Below, piece after piece: positions 9,713-22,300 of a stretch of DNA of 64,000 bases. Each line of letters begins with the position of its first letter. The first letter of the stretch is position 1. The notes under the pieces were generated by a model. The model was not told the origin of the DNA. It worked only from the letters and a program-made list of their open reading frames with translations, and did not search any database. The stretch lies in the NCBI GenBank assembly GCA_032718475.1, contig JAUCBJ010000306.1:59994-123993 (forward strand), in the 5' to 3' direction. A program made the position numbers and the translations under genes. Source of the DNA: Nemertoderma westbladi (lineage: Eukaryota; Animalia; Xenacoelomorpha).

Positions 9713-12700
9713 ATGGAGAAGGATATTAGAGCGCAACCGCGCAGAGGATTTACTGCCAGAGAGGAGGCGGAGCTACCATTCGCGCGACCAGGATGTAAAG
9801 ACTCTAACGTTTACTACCATGGGTGGTCCGTGATGGAGCTAAATGGAAAATATAAACCGACTTATGATAAGGAATTACGGAGGGAAAGAATGAGAGCGTT
9901 GGGGGACCGGATGGAGGTTTTGCGGAAAGAATATCGCACGCGGTATCCTTACGACTTCGCTTTGGACGTATGTGACATTAGTGCAGACCCGGATGAGGAG
10001 ATCGCACGACTGTACCATATGAATATGTATTTACGACACGAAGAACCTCTACCTGCAATCCGAGATCAGTTCGACGGAATGCATCTGTACCGGAGGACTC
10101 GAGGCGAGGATCAGGAGACGCCGAAAGTCTTCAGCGTATACAAGCTCTTCTACAAGTGTGGTGAATGCATGAATAAGCAAGACGTAGCGATTCCCGATCG
10201 ACTAGACGAGCAACATCCAGAACCGATATTAACGCGATGTCCAGCTCACCAGTTCCTTAGATACAACGAGGGAGGTTACCCGATGAGCAACCCGATGATC
10301 AGTATCGACTTCAGCGGAAAGCGACCTCCGAGACCCATTACGCCGACCGTTACGACATTAGATCCGTATACGGAGATTAAACCCTGTTCAACATCCAGTT
10401 TGATAGAGACGGCAGCGGCCATTTCGCTGTATCGAGCCTATAAGGATCTAGAGGCGCGGCGCGAAGCGGCACGGGACTCGGGTACCAAACCCGCGGGTTT
10501 GGAGCTCTCGAGTCCCTGGACTGCGTTTACTTCACCTCACCGAGCGAGAAGCCTCACGCCTGAGCATCAGGACGACATAGACGCGTTGCGGCAGGAGGAA
10601 CGAGCGGCGAAGGCGAAAGAGTTATTTGAGAACAGGATAGCGGAGTATAATAAGACCGCGGATAGACATCAAGAGGAGACGAGGAGAGTGACCAGATTTG
10701 TTCCACAGGTCGTATCTCAACCCCGACCGGTGTATTATTCCGACGGCACCGAACCTGCGATATTAGTAGATCATCCGGAGTCGCGAGAAGCGATACGATT
10801 CTTGCCGATGGTAAGAATGGCGGATCATTGGAACGTTGACTGTCTACGGGAAGTTTTATGCGCGAAGTTCTTGCGTGATGTCCCAATGCAGATCACAGAT
10901 TACGATACATTGGATAAGATTGGAGCTCCGGGGAAGGAGAGCAAACTATTTGGATGGTTGGATAAGTACATCAAGGTATGGGTCGCGGTGGCTACATTCC
11001 CAGACGACGAGGAGGTAGACCAGACGTGGCTGAGGAGGAAGGGTTCTTATACCCGATATGATGACCACAAGGCTATCGAGCGCATGTGGACCCCATCAGA
11101 CGAGATTCAGCGTCAGTGGAGGAAAACGGAGGAATCACTGCAGGATTGGAGGGTGATGTTCTACGACAATGAAGGAGGGTCCCATCAGGAATGTTTGACT
11201 AGCAAGTGCATTCAAATTCGTGCAGCCGATGGTGTGACTCATGTGTTTATGCGTGTGAGGGCGGATCGAGAGAGACCGGAGCCCATCATAACGACACAAT
11301 ATCGGAAGGGGAAGGATCCTAGGGAGCAGATTTTGGAGTTATGCAGGCAAGGAGGTATGCACGGAGCGGAGCGTATCGACGCCAGGATGCTACCCAAGAA
11401 AGTTAGGGAGGCTATTCTCAACCAAGATTACGTCAAGGTGGGATCGGGAGTCCAGAGCGATTTGGAGAGCGACTTCAACGCCATGACTGATCTGGAAGAT
11501 AGATTGCCGAGACCGTTTGTCGACACCAAGCTATTGTTGCTATGGGCACAGGATATTGGAATTTATAGGGAGTATCCCAACTCTGCCAAGACTGGTATGG
11601 GCTTTATAGCACACTTGTTGTATAATTGGGACTTTAAGTTAAAGACGCAGAAGAAGTACGAGGAGGCGTATGGTGAATACAACACGCCACCGGGAGCGGA
11701 GTTCAAATCCCACTTCAAGCGGCAAGCGTTAGTGTATTGGAACATTTGCGCGCCACCCCGTGCGTCGCTACAATATTATTTGGTGCTTGAGTCGAACACG
11801 GTGACTTGTTTATTAGCGGATATCGTTGCGCGAGTTTTGAAGCGTCATCCATTGGTATTCGGAGGAGATCAATACGTTCGCTCGAAAGGGGGAATCCAAT
11901 CCGACGTGATGAAGCGTTTCTTAACCCCGTTCTTCAACCAGTCGTTAGAGAATACGTCGATGGTGAGGAGAGGATTAGCGATATTCCAAGGAGTATATCG
12001 ACAGAACATCGGAGATTTGGGAGACCGACCGTCGATGGAGTATCCGACGCCAGAAGCTTTGGAGAAGTGGTTCGGGAATCAAACCCGCGGGTTTGGTACT
12101 CCCTTCCACTCGGAGGCTGATAGACCTGTTAAGGAGGGCTGGCCGGAGACGTTAGTAGAGGTGTTCGGAGTAGATCTTCCGGTGGAGAAGACATATCCGA
12201 AACGAACGCGGGAGGAAATATTGGAGATAGAGGACAAGGGCGAGGATGTTTACTTTGTTCCGGATCGACAACCGTTGACCGGAGAGGACGACATCGTATT
12301 AGACATTGGGAAGGAAGGAAGTGCGAAACCGATTGGAGACCTCATATACGAGAGGGCCTGGTTTCCAGAAGCGCGTAGGTGCAAATTGTGCGGCAGCACA
12401 AGGCACAATCTAAAGTCGTGCGACGCGGTAGTAGAGGCGGCGCATAAGGTCTGTCGTTGGTGTAATGAGACTGACCATTCGTTTCACACGTGCACCGTCT
12501 TCATTTCTCAATGTGGATATTGTGGGGTAAAGGGACATCGTAGCGCGAGATGTCAGCTGCGAGATGATTCCTTTCAAAACCATAGCGCTAACCTACTTCG
12601 GGAGATGTTAGATAAGTGGGAGAGTGTGGCCGACTACCATATTCAAGCGCAGATGCGTTGGTTACCATTTAAGGCGGGATATGGATTTTGGGCAGTAGAC

Positions 12701-13420
12701 CCATCACATGTTGCGTACGAGCCATATCTACAATCGCTACCACAATATCAGGAACTCATCCTAACTGCTCAAGACCTTCCACAGAACACTGGAGTTATCG
12801 TAGTCCGAGAATACTTCAGACAGTTGAATATGGACAATAAGTACACCTGGAACTTCGTTGCTATTTGCGATCGCATCACGAAGGGTGTATTTACGGAGAC
12901 TAGAAAAGTGGTACGCGCGCGAGGTGATTGGAGGATGGTGGCTATACAATACCGCAACAAATTCTTGTTGACTCATGTGCCAGTGGGTTCATTGACCGCT
13001 GAGAGGATACGGGAACAGAGGATCGCAGCGACCACAGCGACGACCGCTGGAGCTCAAAGCTCGCGGAAGGAACCAGGAGGAGGGGTCCAAGACAAGCGTC
13101 AAGTCAAGGACGACCACCATCACTCTATTATAGAAGCACAGAGGTTGCAGCGCAAGGCGCAGGGAGCGTCGGAAAAGGCGCGAGTGCAACTGCATAAGGA
13201 AGAGTTGGCGGAAGCGACCACAGGAGCACGACAATTGGGACGAGGCCGAGGAAGAAGTACCAGCCGGGAATCTGTCGGGGCTCAGGGAACATCGTCGCCG
13301 GTTCCGGGGAGTGACGCCTCACGGACGCCGTCAACGGAGTCGACTGGAGGACGACTGGTGTATCTGGGAAGAGGGCGAAAGAGAGGAGCGAGCCCAAAGA
13401 ACCCAGGAGCGGGTCGATAA
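9713..13420 (+). CDS. Accessory ORF3: DEDDy 3'-5' exonuclease-like domain, 3 CCHC zinc knuckles, RG-rich tail
   Basis: Intact 1235 aa. ExoI MFYDNEG; LPKKVREAILNQDYVKVGSGVQSDL (ExoII); FVDT; GMGFIAHLL; W..PP...QYYLVLES (ExoIII-like). Knuckles CKLCGSTRHNLKSC, CRWCNETDHSFHTC, CGYCGVKGHRSARC; tail GRGRGR. Confidence 0.8.
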   Translation: MEKDIRAQPRRGFTAREEAELPFARPGCKDSNVYYHGWSVMELNGKYKPTYDKELRRERMRALGDRMEVLRKEYRTRYPYDFALDVCDISADPDEEIARLYHMNMYLRHEEPLPAIRDQFDGMHLYRRTRGEDQETPKVFSVYKLFYKCGECMNKQDVAIPDRLDEQHPEPILTRCPAHQFLRYNEGGYPMSNPMISIDFSGKRPPRPITPTVTTLDPYTEIKPCSTSSLIETAAAISLYRAYKDLEARREAARDSGTKPAGLELSSPWTAFTSPHRARSLTPEHQDDIDALRQEERAAKAKELFENRIAEYNKTADRHQEETRRVTRFVPQVVSQPRPVYYSDGTEPAILVDHPESREAIRFLPMVRMADHWNVDCLREVLCAKFLRDVPMQITDYDTLDKIGAPGKESKLFGWLDKYIKVWVAVATFPDDEEVDQTWLRRKGSYTRYDDHKAIERMWTPSDEIQRQWRKTEESLQDWRVMFYDNEGGSHQECLTSKCIQIRAADGVTHVFMRVRADRERPEPIITTQYRKGKDPREQILELCRQGGMHGAERIDARMLPKKVREAILNQDYVKVGSGVQSDLESDFNAMTDLEDRLPRPFVDTKLLLLWAQDIGIYREYPNSAKTGMGFIAHLLYNWDFKLKTQKKYEEAYGEYNTPPGAEFKSHFKRQALVYWNICAPPRASLQYYLVLESNTVTCLLADIVARVLKRHPLVFGGDQYVRSKGGIQSDVMKRFLTPFFNQSLENTSMVRRGLAIFQGVYRQNIGDLGDRPSMEYPTPEALEKWFGNQTRGFGTPFHSEADRPVKEGWPETLVEVFGVDLPVEKTYPKRTREEILEIEDKGEDVYFVPDRQPLTGEDDIVLDIGKEGSAKPIGDLIYERAWFPEARRCKLCGSTRHNLKSCDAVVEAAHKVCRWCNETDHSFHTCTVFISQCGYCGVKGHRSARCQLRDDSFQNHSANLLREMLDKWESVADYHIQAQMRWLPFKAGYGFWAVDPSHVAYEPYLQSLPQYQELILTAQDLPQNTGVIVVREYFRQLNMDNKYTWNFVAICDRITKGVFTETRKVVRARGDWRMVAIQYRNKFLLTHVPVGSLTAERIREQRIAATTATTAGAQSSRKEPGGGVQDKRQVKDDHHHSIIEAQRLQRKAQGASEKARVQLHKEELAEATTGARQLGRGRGRSTSRESVGAQGTSSPVPGSDASRTPSTESTGGRLVYLGRGRKRGASPKNPGAGR

Positions 13421-13895
13421 TACATTATAGCACAGGGCGACAGACTCTAGATATATACATCATCGTCGCTCTGATGTATATTGTAGCATTTAGAAATCTT
13501 CGACTAGACTCATATACACTAGTTGAGCTGTTTTTGAATTTATATTATGAGAGAGGCGAAGGAAGTGATTGGGGAGACAAACCTGTGGGTTTGGCTTACT
13601 CCTTTCACTTGCCCTAGCAAAATTTTTTATATATTTGATCTTGTATGTAGTAATCATTATGTAGTAAGAACGAGAAACAATATTTTGTAAATTTAATTTG
13701 AATGAGAGAGATAATATTTGTAAATTTAATTTGTATGCAATTCATTATGCAATATCTATAGCAATATTTTGTAAATAGTAGGATTTATAGTATCAAGTAT
13801 TTAGATTAGTTGGAAGAAATTTATTTTGTTTGTATACATCACCTTATACTCTTCTACAGTTGGAGGGAAACATTATATGATTTCCCTTGGAGCGG

Positions 13896-16074
13896 TGTTA
13901 CGGTATATGGCGCTGTATCCACATATATTAGTCCGTTATACTGTACGCAATATTAGTCCGTTATACTGTATGTAATATTAGTCCGTTGTGCAGCATAATA
14001 TTTTAGATAAGGCATAATAGCGCAATGATATTTAGATAGGGAAACCAAAACGCCTATATATTTGAATCCATCCATTTTGTATAATATGTAGCCCTACCTA
14101 CGTAATTTTGTATTAGGATATATGTAGATAGTTCCAGGGTAGCAAGTTTATTCGTACCCTGGATTTCGTGCTTGCTGATATTAGCTTCAATAGGGCTAGC
14201 ATATAGGGACGCTGTCCTGGCCATTCAGCAGCCAGGGACATGATCCATTACCATATATGGTAATAATTTGAGGTTTGGGCAGCAATAGGGCTACAATCCG
14301 GCCTCCTTATTGGACTAACTGCTTCCAGCTTGGTCTAATGCTAGCGCGGACTGGAGAGCCAATAGGAGAGCGATTGAGTCACCCTATTGCATCACCCCAT
14401 CCGGATCACCTATAAAATTGGCGTTTTGCCGGTAGAGCTGTATCTTCTGTACCTGCACTGCTGTTGTACTTGCTGAGCTGTCCCTATTCATTTTTTGACG
14501 GATATTTTAGCGTATTTCTGCAATTTGCTATTTTCGATTAATTTCTCAAAATGCTTTGCTAGTGCGATTATCCTTGATTGTGTTTCTCAATTAATTCCAT
14601 CGATTACTGCTAATTACAACTGGAACTATGATTTCTACCTTTTGTTAATGGTTCTATGTGATTCCTTTCTACGCAATAATCCTAAGGGATTTCTGAGACT
14701 GTCAGACTTTGTGATTTGCATGCGCTGCTACGGTAGCTATTAGCATAATGGAGGGCTAAGGTGCCAGTGGGCGGTGGGCACATCGGGGGGTTGAGCGACT
14801 AAGGGAGAGCGGAGGATTCAAAAGCGAGCAACGCTGGCGGGGGGTCACCGTTGCGGTCGGGTAGTTCACGCTGTGGTATGCAGACCAATCGCCGGTACGG
14901 TAATTAGGGGGCTGATGATCCAGGTTTCGTCTCTATTTAGTATTAGGGGGGCAGGAATCAGGTTAGTTAGGAGTCCTATATGTACCCGGGAGAGGCCTGC
15001 ACGTATCATAACGTGGAGTGTGAAGTACGAATAGTGAGTCGCATAACTGTGGGCTATACAGTAGTTAACTGCATAATTGCGAACTGTGATTGCTGACGCT
15101 GATTGGTGTGTTATTGAAGTGTGCCTACGATTGTGAATGTTTAGGTAGGCCCCCCTTTTCTTTGATTGATTTCTATTTCTTAGTTGCAACAATTAGTTAC
15201 TGATTAGGTCAAAGTAATACGGCAATTTAGGCTATTACTAGCGAAACCTGTTGCGTAATAAATTAGAATTACGTATTCTGGAACTCTTAGTAATTAGTAC
15301 GCTGTTACATATTTGTGACTGTAATTGATTAGTAAAAATTAAGAATTAGTACGCAGCATAGCGGAGAGTAGCTAAGGTAATAATTAGAGTACTGTAAACT
15401 ATTCACGCTGAGCGGTTATTTGCATTAGCGGGCAATCAGCTAGATCGCACTATTCGGTACACACAACACGCTAGTAATTTGCTGGCCTAAAGCCAGCTGC
15501 AGGCAAGTTTAGACCCAGCGCGGTACTATCCACGTAGAGACAAATACTGTACCATTTTGATATTTAAATATTCTCGCATTCACACATTACGTTAGGGAAT
15601 CCCCAGTATTCGCGATTAGAAAAGACGTAGGCAATAGCGTGCTTTAATAGTGATAGAATTAGGCGTAAGAATACTCTGAGTGCAAAGCCTCTCGCACTCG
15701 TCTTAAGTAAGCTTAGGGAGCCGACTCGGGTTTATTGTTTTGGTTATTCCCGCGTGGCTCATAGATTCGAACAGTTAGCTCTCTATTGAGCGATCGGTAG
15801 AGAATGGAACAAGCGATTTTGCAGGAGTTGTGTAAAATTAGTAAAATATATTAGCGGACGGCAGATTAGCGCCATCTAACGGTAAGTAGCGGTTTTGTAT
15901 TTAGCAACCCTTACAATTTAGTAATAGCACGCTCCTGATCCCCTTTACTTAACAGTAGAGCAGTCTTTGTGTCTTATTGGTTAGACGAGAACTTATTAGG
16001 TTGGCAGAGGAGTATACGGGTATTTGTCTGTTCAACAGTTCTACTGTTAGTATAGAGGTCGCGGTTGTTTATCA
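13896..16074 (+). repeat. 3' LTR of BEL element (~2.2 kb; start inferred)
   Basis: Short purine run GGAGCGG then TGTTA at 13896; ends TATCA at 16074. The last 655 bp match the 5' LTR. The start cannot be verified within the window. Confidence 0.65.
14355..14420 (+). promoter_or_regulatory. Putative LTR promoter (CCAAT and TATAAAA)
   Basis: GCCAAT near 14358 and TATAAAA at 14411 inside the inferred LTR; AATAAA near 15257. Confidence 0.4.
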
Positions 16075-19000
16075 GTCCGTCCAGTCCTATATTTACTTAC
16101 ATTCATCGAATGGGGTCCGTCCAGTCCTAATTTACTTACATTCATCGAATGGGGTCCGTCCAGTCCTATATTTACTGACATTCATCGAATGGGGTCCGTC
16201 CAGTCCTAATTTACTTACATCCATCGAATGGGGTCCGTCCAGTCCTAATTTACTTACATTCATCGAATGGGGTCCGTCCAGTCCTAATTTACTTACATTC
16301 ATCGAATGGGGTCCGTCCAGTCCTAATTTACTTACATTCATCGAATGGGGTCCGTCCAGTCCTAATTTACTTACATTCATCGAATGGGGTCCGTCCAGTC
16401 CTATATTTACTGACATTCATCGAATGGGGTCCGTCCAGTCCTAATTTACTTACATTCATCTAATGGGGTCCGTCCAGTCCTAATTTACTTACATTCATCG
16501 AATGGGGTCCGCCCAGTCCTTCATTTACTTACATTCATCGAATGGGGTCCGTCCAGTCCTAATTTACTGACATTCATCGAATGGGGTCCGTCCAGTCCTA
16601 TATTTACTTACATTCGTCGAATGGGGTCCGTCCAGTCCTAATTTACTGACATTCATCGAATGGGGTCCGTCCAGTCCTAATTTACTTACATTCATCGAAT
16701 GGGGTCCGTCCAGTCCTATATTTACTGACATTCATCGAATGGGGTCCGTCCAGTCCTAATTTACTGACATTCATCGAATGGGGTCCGTCCAGTCCTATAT
16801 TTACTTACATTCATCGAATGGGGTCCGTCCAGTCCTTCATTTACTTACATTCATCGAATGGGGTCCGTCCAGTCCTAATTTACTTACATTCATCGAATGG
16901 GGTCCGTCCAGTCCTAATTTACTGACATTCATCGAATGGGGTCCGTCCAGTCCTAATTTACTTACATTCATCAAATGGGGTCCGTCCAGTCCTAATTTAC
17001 TTACATTCATCGAATGGGGTCCGTCCAGTCATATATTTACTGACATTCATCGAATGGGGTTCGTCCAGTCCTAATTTACTTACATTCATCGAATGGGGTC
17101 CGCCCAGTCCTAATTTACTTACATTCATCGAATGGGGTCCGTCCAGTCCTAATTTACTTACATTCATCGAATGGGGTCCGTCCAGTCCTAATTTACTTAC
17201 ATTCATCGAATGGGGTCCGTCCAGTCCTAATTTACTTACATTCATCGAATGGGGTCCGTCCAGTCCTAATTTACTTACATTCATCGAATGGGGTCCGTCC
17301 AGTCCTAATTTACTTACATTCATCGAATGGGGTCCGTCCAGTCCTATATTTACTGACATTCATCGAATGGGGTCCGTCCAGTCCTAATTTACTTACATTC
17401 ATCGAATGGGGTCCGTCCAGTCCTATATTTACTGACATTCATCGAATGGGGTCCGTCCAGTCCTAATTTACTTACATTCATCGAATGGGGTCCGTCCAGT
17501 CCTATATTTACTGACATTCATCGAATGGGGTCCGTCCAGTCCTAATTTACTTACATTCATCGAATGGGGTCCATCCAGTCCTAATTTACTTACATTCATC
17601 GAATGGGGTCCGTCCAGTTCTAATTTACTTACATTCATCGAATGGTGTCCGTCCAGTCCTAATTTACTTACATTCATCGAATGGGGTCCGTCCAGTCCTA
17701 ATTTACTTACATTCATCGAATGGGGTCCGTCCAGTCCTATATTTACTGACATTCATCGAATGGGGTCCGTCCAGTCCTAATTTACTTACATTCATCGAAT
17801 GGGGTCCGCCCAGTCCTATATTTACTGACATTCATCGAATGGGGTCCGTCCAGTCCTAATTTACTTACATTCATCGAATGGGGTCCGTCCAGTCCTAATT
17901 TACTTACATTCATCGAATGGGGTCCGTCCAGTCCTAATTTACTTACATTCATCGAATGGGGTCCGTCCAGTCAGTCCTATATTTACTTACATTCATCGAA
18001 TGGGGTCCGTCCAGTCCTTCATTTACTTACATTCATCGAATGGGTTCCGTCCAGTCCTTCATTTACTTACATTCATCGAATGGGGTCCGTCCAGTCCTTC
18101 ATTTACTTACATTCATCGAATGGGGTCCGTCCAGTCCTTCATTTACTTACATTCATCGAATGGGGTCCGTCCAGTCCTTCATTTACTTACATTCATCGAA
18201 TGGGGTCCGTCCAGTCCTTCATTTACTTACATTCATCGAATGGGGTCCGTCCAGTCCTTCATTTACTTACATTCATCGAATGGGGTCCGTCCAGTCCTAA
18301 TTTACTTACATTCATCGAATGGGGTCCGTCCAGTCCTATATTTACTGACATTCATCGAATGGGGTCCGTCCAGTCCTATATTTACTTACATTCATCGAAT
18401 GGGGTCCGTCCAGTCCTTCATTTACTTACATTCATCGAATGGGTTCCGTCCAGTCCTTCATTTACTTACATTCATCGAATGGGGTCCGTCCAGTCCTTCA
18501 TTTACTTACATTCATCGAATGGGGTCCGTCCAGTCCTTCATTTACTTACATTCATCGAATGGGGTCCGTCCAGTCCTTCATTTACTTACATTCATCGAAT
18601 GGGGTCCGTCCAGTCCTTCATTTACTTACATTCATCGAATGGGGTCCGTCCAGTCCTTCATTTACTTACATTCATCGAATGGGGTCCGTCCAGTCCTATA
18701 TTTACTGACATTCATCGAATGGGGTCCGTCCAGTCCTAATTTACTTACATTCATCGAATGGGGTCCGTCCAGTCCTATATTTACTTACATTCATCGAATG
18801 GGGTCCGTCCAGTCCTAATTTACTTACATTCATCGAATGGGGTCCGTCCAGTCCTAATTTACTTACATTCATCGAATGGGGTCCGTCCAGTCCTAATTTA
18901 CTTACATTCATCGAATGGGGTCCGTCCAGTCCTATATTTACTGACATTCATCGAATGGGGTCCGTCCAGTCCTATATTTACTTACATTCATCGAATGGGG

Positions 19001-19392
19001 TCCGTCCAGTCCTATATTTACTTACATTCATCGAATGGGGTCCGTCCAGTCCTAATTTACTTACATTCATCGAATGGGGTCCGTCCAGTCCTAATTTACT
19101 TACATTCATCGAATGGGGTCCGTCCAGTCCTAATTTACTTACATTCATCGAATGGGGTCCGTCCAGTCCTTCATTTACTTACATTCATCGAATGGGGTCC
19201 GTCCAGTCCTATATTTACTTACATTCATCGAATGGGGTCCGTCCAGTCCTAATTTACTTACATTCGTCGAATGGGGTCCGTCCAGTCCTAATTTACTTAC
19301 ATTCATCGAATGGGGTCCGTCCAGTCCTATATTTACTTACATTCATCGAATGGGGTCCGTCCAGTCCTTCATTTACTTACATTCATCGAATG
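16075..19392. repeat. 39/40-bp tandem array (~84 copies) made of an exon 3' end plus GTAAGT donor
   Basis: Minus-strand unit AGGACTGGACGGACCCCATTCGATGAAT|GTAAGTAAAT matches the end of exon 19381-19493. Confidence 0.95.
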
Positions 19393-22300
19393 AGGCCCTG
19401 GGTCCAGTCCTTTTTTTAGAATCCGGTGGCTTTTTCTTCTGTAAATTTTCGTACAGCATCATTGCCTTTTTCCTCTTTTCGGCTTTTCGAAGCCTGAAAG
19501 CCAAAAATGAAGGAGTTTAGTATAAAGTAAATAAATTACAATATTATAAATAGAGTTGTAATATCACCTATCACCTCTCACTTTAAATCTCCTCATTGGT
19601 TACTTACCTTTCCAACTCGTCATTGGATACCGGCGGTTTCTCAAGTTTCTCTTCAACAACAACAGGAGGCGGCTCCGGTGATGGGGGAACTTCCGGTAAT
19701 GGTTCCGGAAGCGGAATCTCTACTTCTATTTCCGGTTCCGGTATAGGAGGCGGCGATATAGGAGGTGTTAGTATTGCTGCGATAGAGAAATACAGTAATT
19801 TCGGATAAATATATTAGATTCGGTATTTAAGTTCGTTAATTAATACATTATTACGCTATGGGCAAATACTTGTTGGGTGAGCTGTTTAATATTATTTAAC
19901 TTACAAGGTGGTTCAGCTGTTTAATATTATTTAACTTACAAGGTTGTTCAGCTGTTTAATATTATTTAACTTACGAGGTGGTTCAGTTGTTTAATATAAT
20001 TTAACTTATGAGGTGGTTCACCTGTTTAATATTATTTAACTTATGACGTGGTTCAGCTGTTTAATATTATATAACTTACGAGGTGGTTCAGTTGTTTAAT
20101 ATAATTTAACTTATGAGGTGGTTCACCTGTTTAATATTATTTAACTTATGACGTGGTTCAGCTGTTTAATATTATATAACTTATGAGGTGGTTCAGCTGT
20201 TTAATATTATTTAACTTACGAGGTGGTTCAGCTGTTTAATATTATATAACTTATGAGGTGGTTCAGCTGTTTAATATTATTTAAGTTATGAGATGGTTCA
20301 GCTGTTTAATATTATTTAACTTATGAGGTGGTTCAGCTGTTTAATATAATTTAACTTATGAGGTGGTTCACCTGTTTAATATTATATAACTTATGAGGAG
20401 GTTCAGCTGTTTAATATTCTATAACTTATGAGGTGGTTCAGCTGTTTAATATTATTTAACTTACGAGGTGATTCAGCTGTTTAATATTGTATAACTTATG
20501 AGGTGGTTCAGCTGTTTAATATTATATAACTTATGAGGTGGTTCAGCTGTTTAATATTATATAACTTATGAGGTGGTTCAGCTGTTTAATATTCTATAAC
20601 TTATGAGGTGGTTCAGCTGTTTAATATTATTTAACTTACGAGGTGATTCAGCTGTTTAATATTGTATAACTTATGAGGTGGTTCAGCTGTTTAATATTAT
20701 ATAACTTATGAGGTGGTTCAGCTGTTTAATATTCTATAACTTATGAGGTGGTTCAGCTGTTTAATATTATTTAAGTTATGAGGTGGTTCAGCTGTTTAAT
20801 ATTATATAACTTATGAGGTGGTTCAGCTGTTTAATATTATATAACTTATGAGGTGGTTCAGCTGTTTAATATTATATAACTTATGAGGAGGTTCAGCTGT
20901 TTAATATTCTATAACTTATGAGGTGGTTCAGCTGTTTAATATTATTTAACTTACGAGGTGATTCAGCTGTTTAATATTGTATAACTTATGAGGTGGTTCA
21001 GCTGTTTAATATTATATAACTTATGAGGTGGTTCAGCTGTTTAATATTATATAACTTATGAGGTGGTTCAGCTGTTTAATATTCTATAACTTATGAGGTG
21101 GTTCAGCTGTTTAATATTATTTAAGTTATGAGGTGGTTCAGCTGTTTAATATTATATAACTTATGAGGTGGTTCAGCTGTTTAATATTATTTAACTTACA
21201 AGGTGGTTCAGCTGTTTAATATTCTATAACTTATGAGGTTGTTCAGCTGTTTAATATTATTTAAGTTATGAGGTGGTTCAGCTGTTTAATATTATTTAAG
21301 TTGAGGTGGTTCAGCTGTTTAATATTATATAACTTATGAGGTGGTTCAGCTGTTTAATATTATTTAAGTTATGAGGTGGTTCAGCTGTTTAATATTATTT
21401 AACTTACGAGGTGGTTCAGCTGTTAATTATTATATAACTTACAAGGTGGTTCAGCAGTTTAATATTATTTAACTTACAAGGTTGTTCAGCTGTTTAATAT
21501 TATTTAACTTATGAGGTGGTTCAGCTGTTTAATATTATTTAACTTACGAGGTGGTTCAGCAGTTTAATATTATTTAACTTATGAGGTGATTCAGCTGTTT
21601 AATATTATTTAACTTATGAGGTGGGTCAGTTTAATATTATTTAACTTACGAGGTGATTCAGCTGTTTAATATTATTTAACTTACGAGGTGATTCAGCTGT
21701 TTAATATTATTTAACTTACGAGGTGGTTCAGCAGTTTAATATTATTTAACTTATGAGGTGGTTCAGCTGTTTAATATTATTTAACTTACGAGGTGATTCA
21801 GCTGTTTAATATTGTATAACTTATGAGGTGGTTCAGCAGTTTAATATTATTTAACTTATGAGGTTGGTCAGCTGTTTAATATTCTATAACTTGAGGTGGT
21901 TCAGCTGTTGAATATTATTTAACTTACGAGGTGATTCAGCTGTTTAATATTGTATAACTTATGAGGTGGTTCAGCAGTTTAATATTATTTAACTTATGAG
22001 GTGGGTCAGCTGTTTAATATTCTATAACTTATGAGGTGGTTCAGCTGTTGAATATTATTTAACTTACGAGGTGATTCAGCTGTTTAATATTGTATAACTT
22101 ATTTTATGAGGTGGTTCAGCTGTTTAATATTATTTAACTTACGAGGTGGTTCAGCAGTTTAATATTATTTAACTTATGAGGTGGGTCAGCTGTTTAATAT
22201 TCTATAACTTATGAGGTGGTTCAGCTGTTGAATATTATTTAACTTACGAGGTGATTAAGCTGTTTAATATTGTATAACTTATGAGGTGGTTCAGCTGTTT

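Larger units (their letters stand above)
1..16074 (+). mobile_element. BEL/Pao LTR retrotransposon (5' end outside window), defective gag/integrase, extra ORF3
   Basis: 1-654 is repeated at 15420-16074. Internal order is gag (DUF1759-like), protease, RT, RNase H, integrase, with BEL-type motifs (YYLPHHYV..PDK..KVRVV.DC, LFDP..F..P, LHLFSDAS..G.G, RF.ARRG..YSD.GTNF, WERLVRSVK). Confidence 0.95.

Noticed and set aside
9713-13420. ORF3 as an envelope gene
   Set aside because: No signal peptide, transmembrane anchor or fusion-protein cysteine pattern; it has nuclease-like and knuckle motifs instead.
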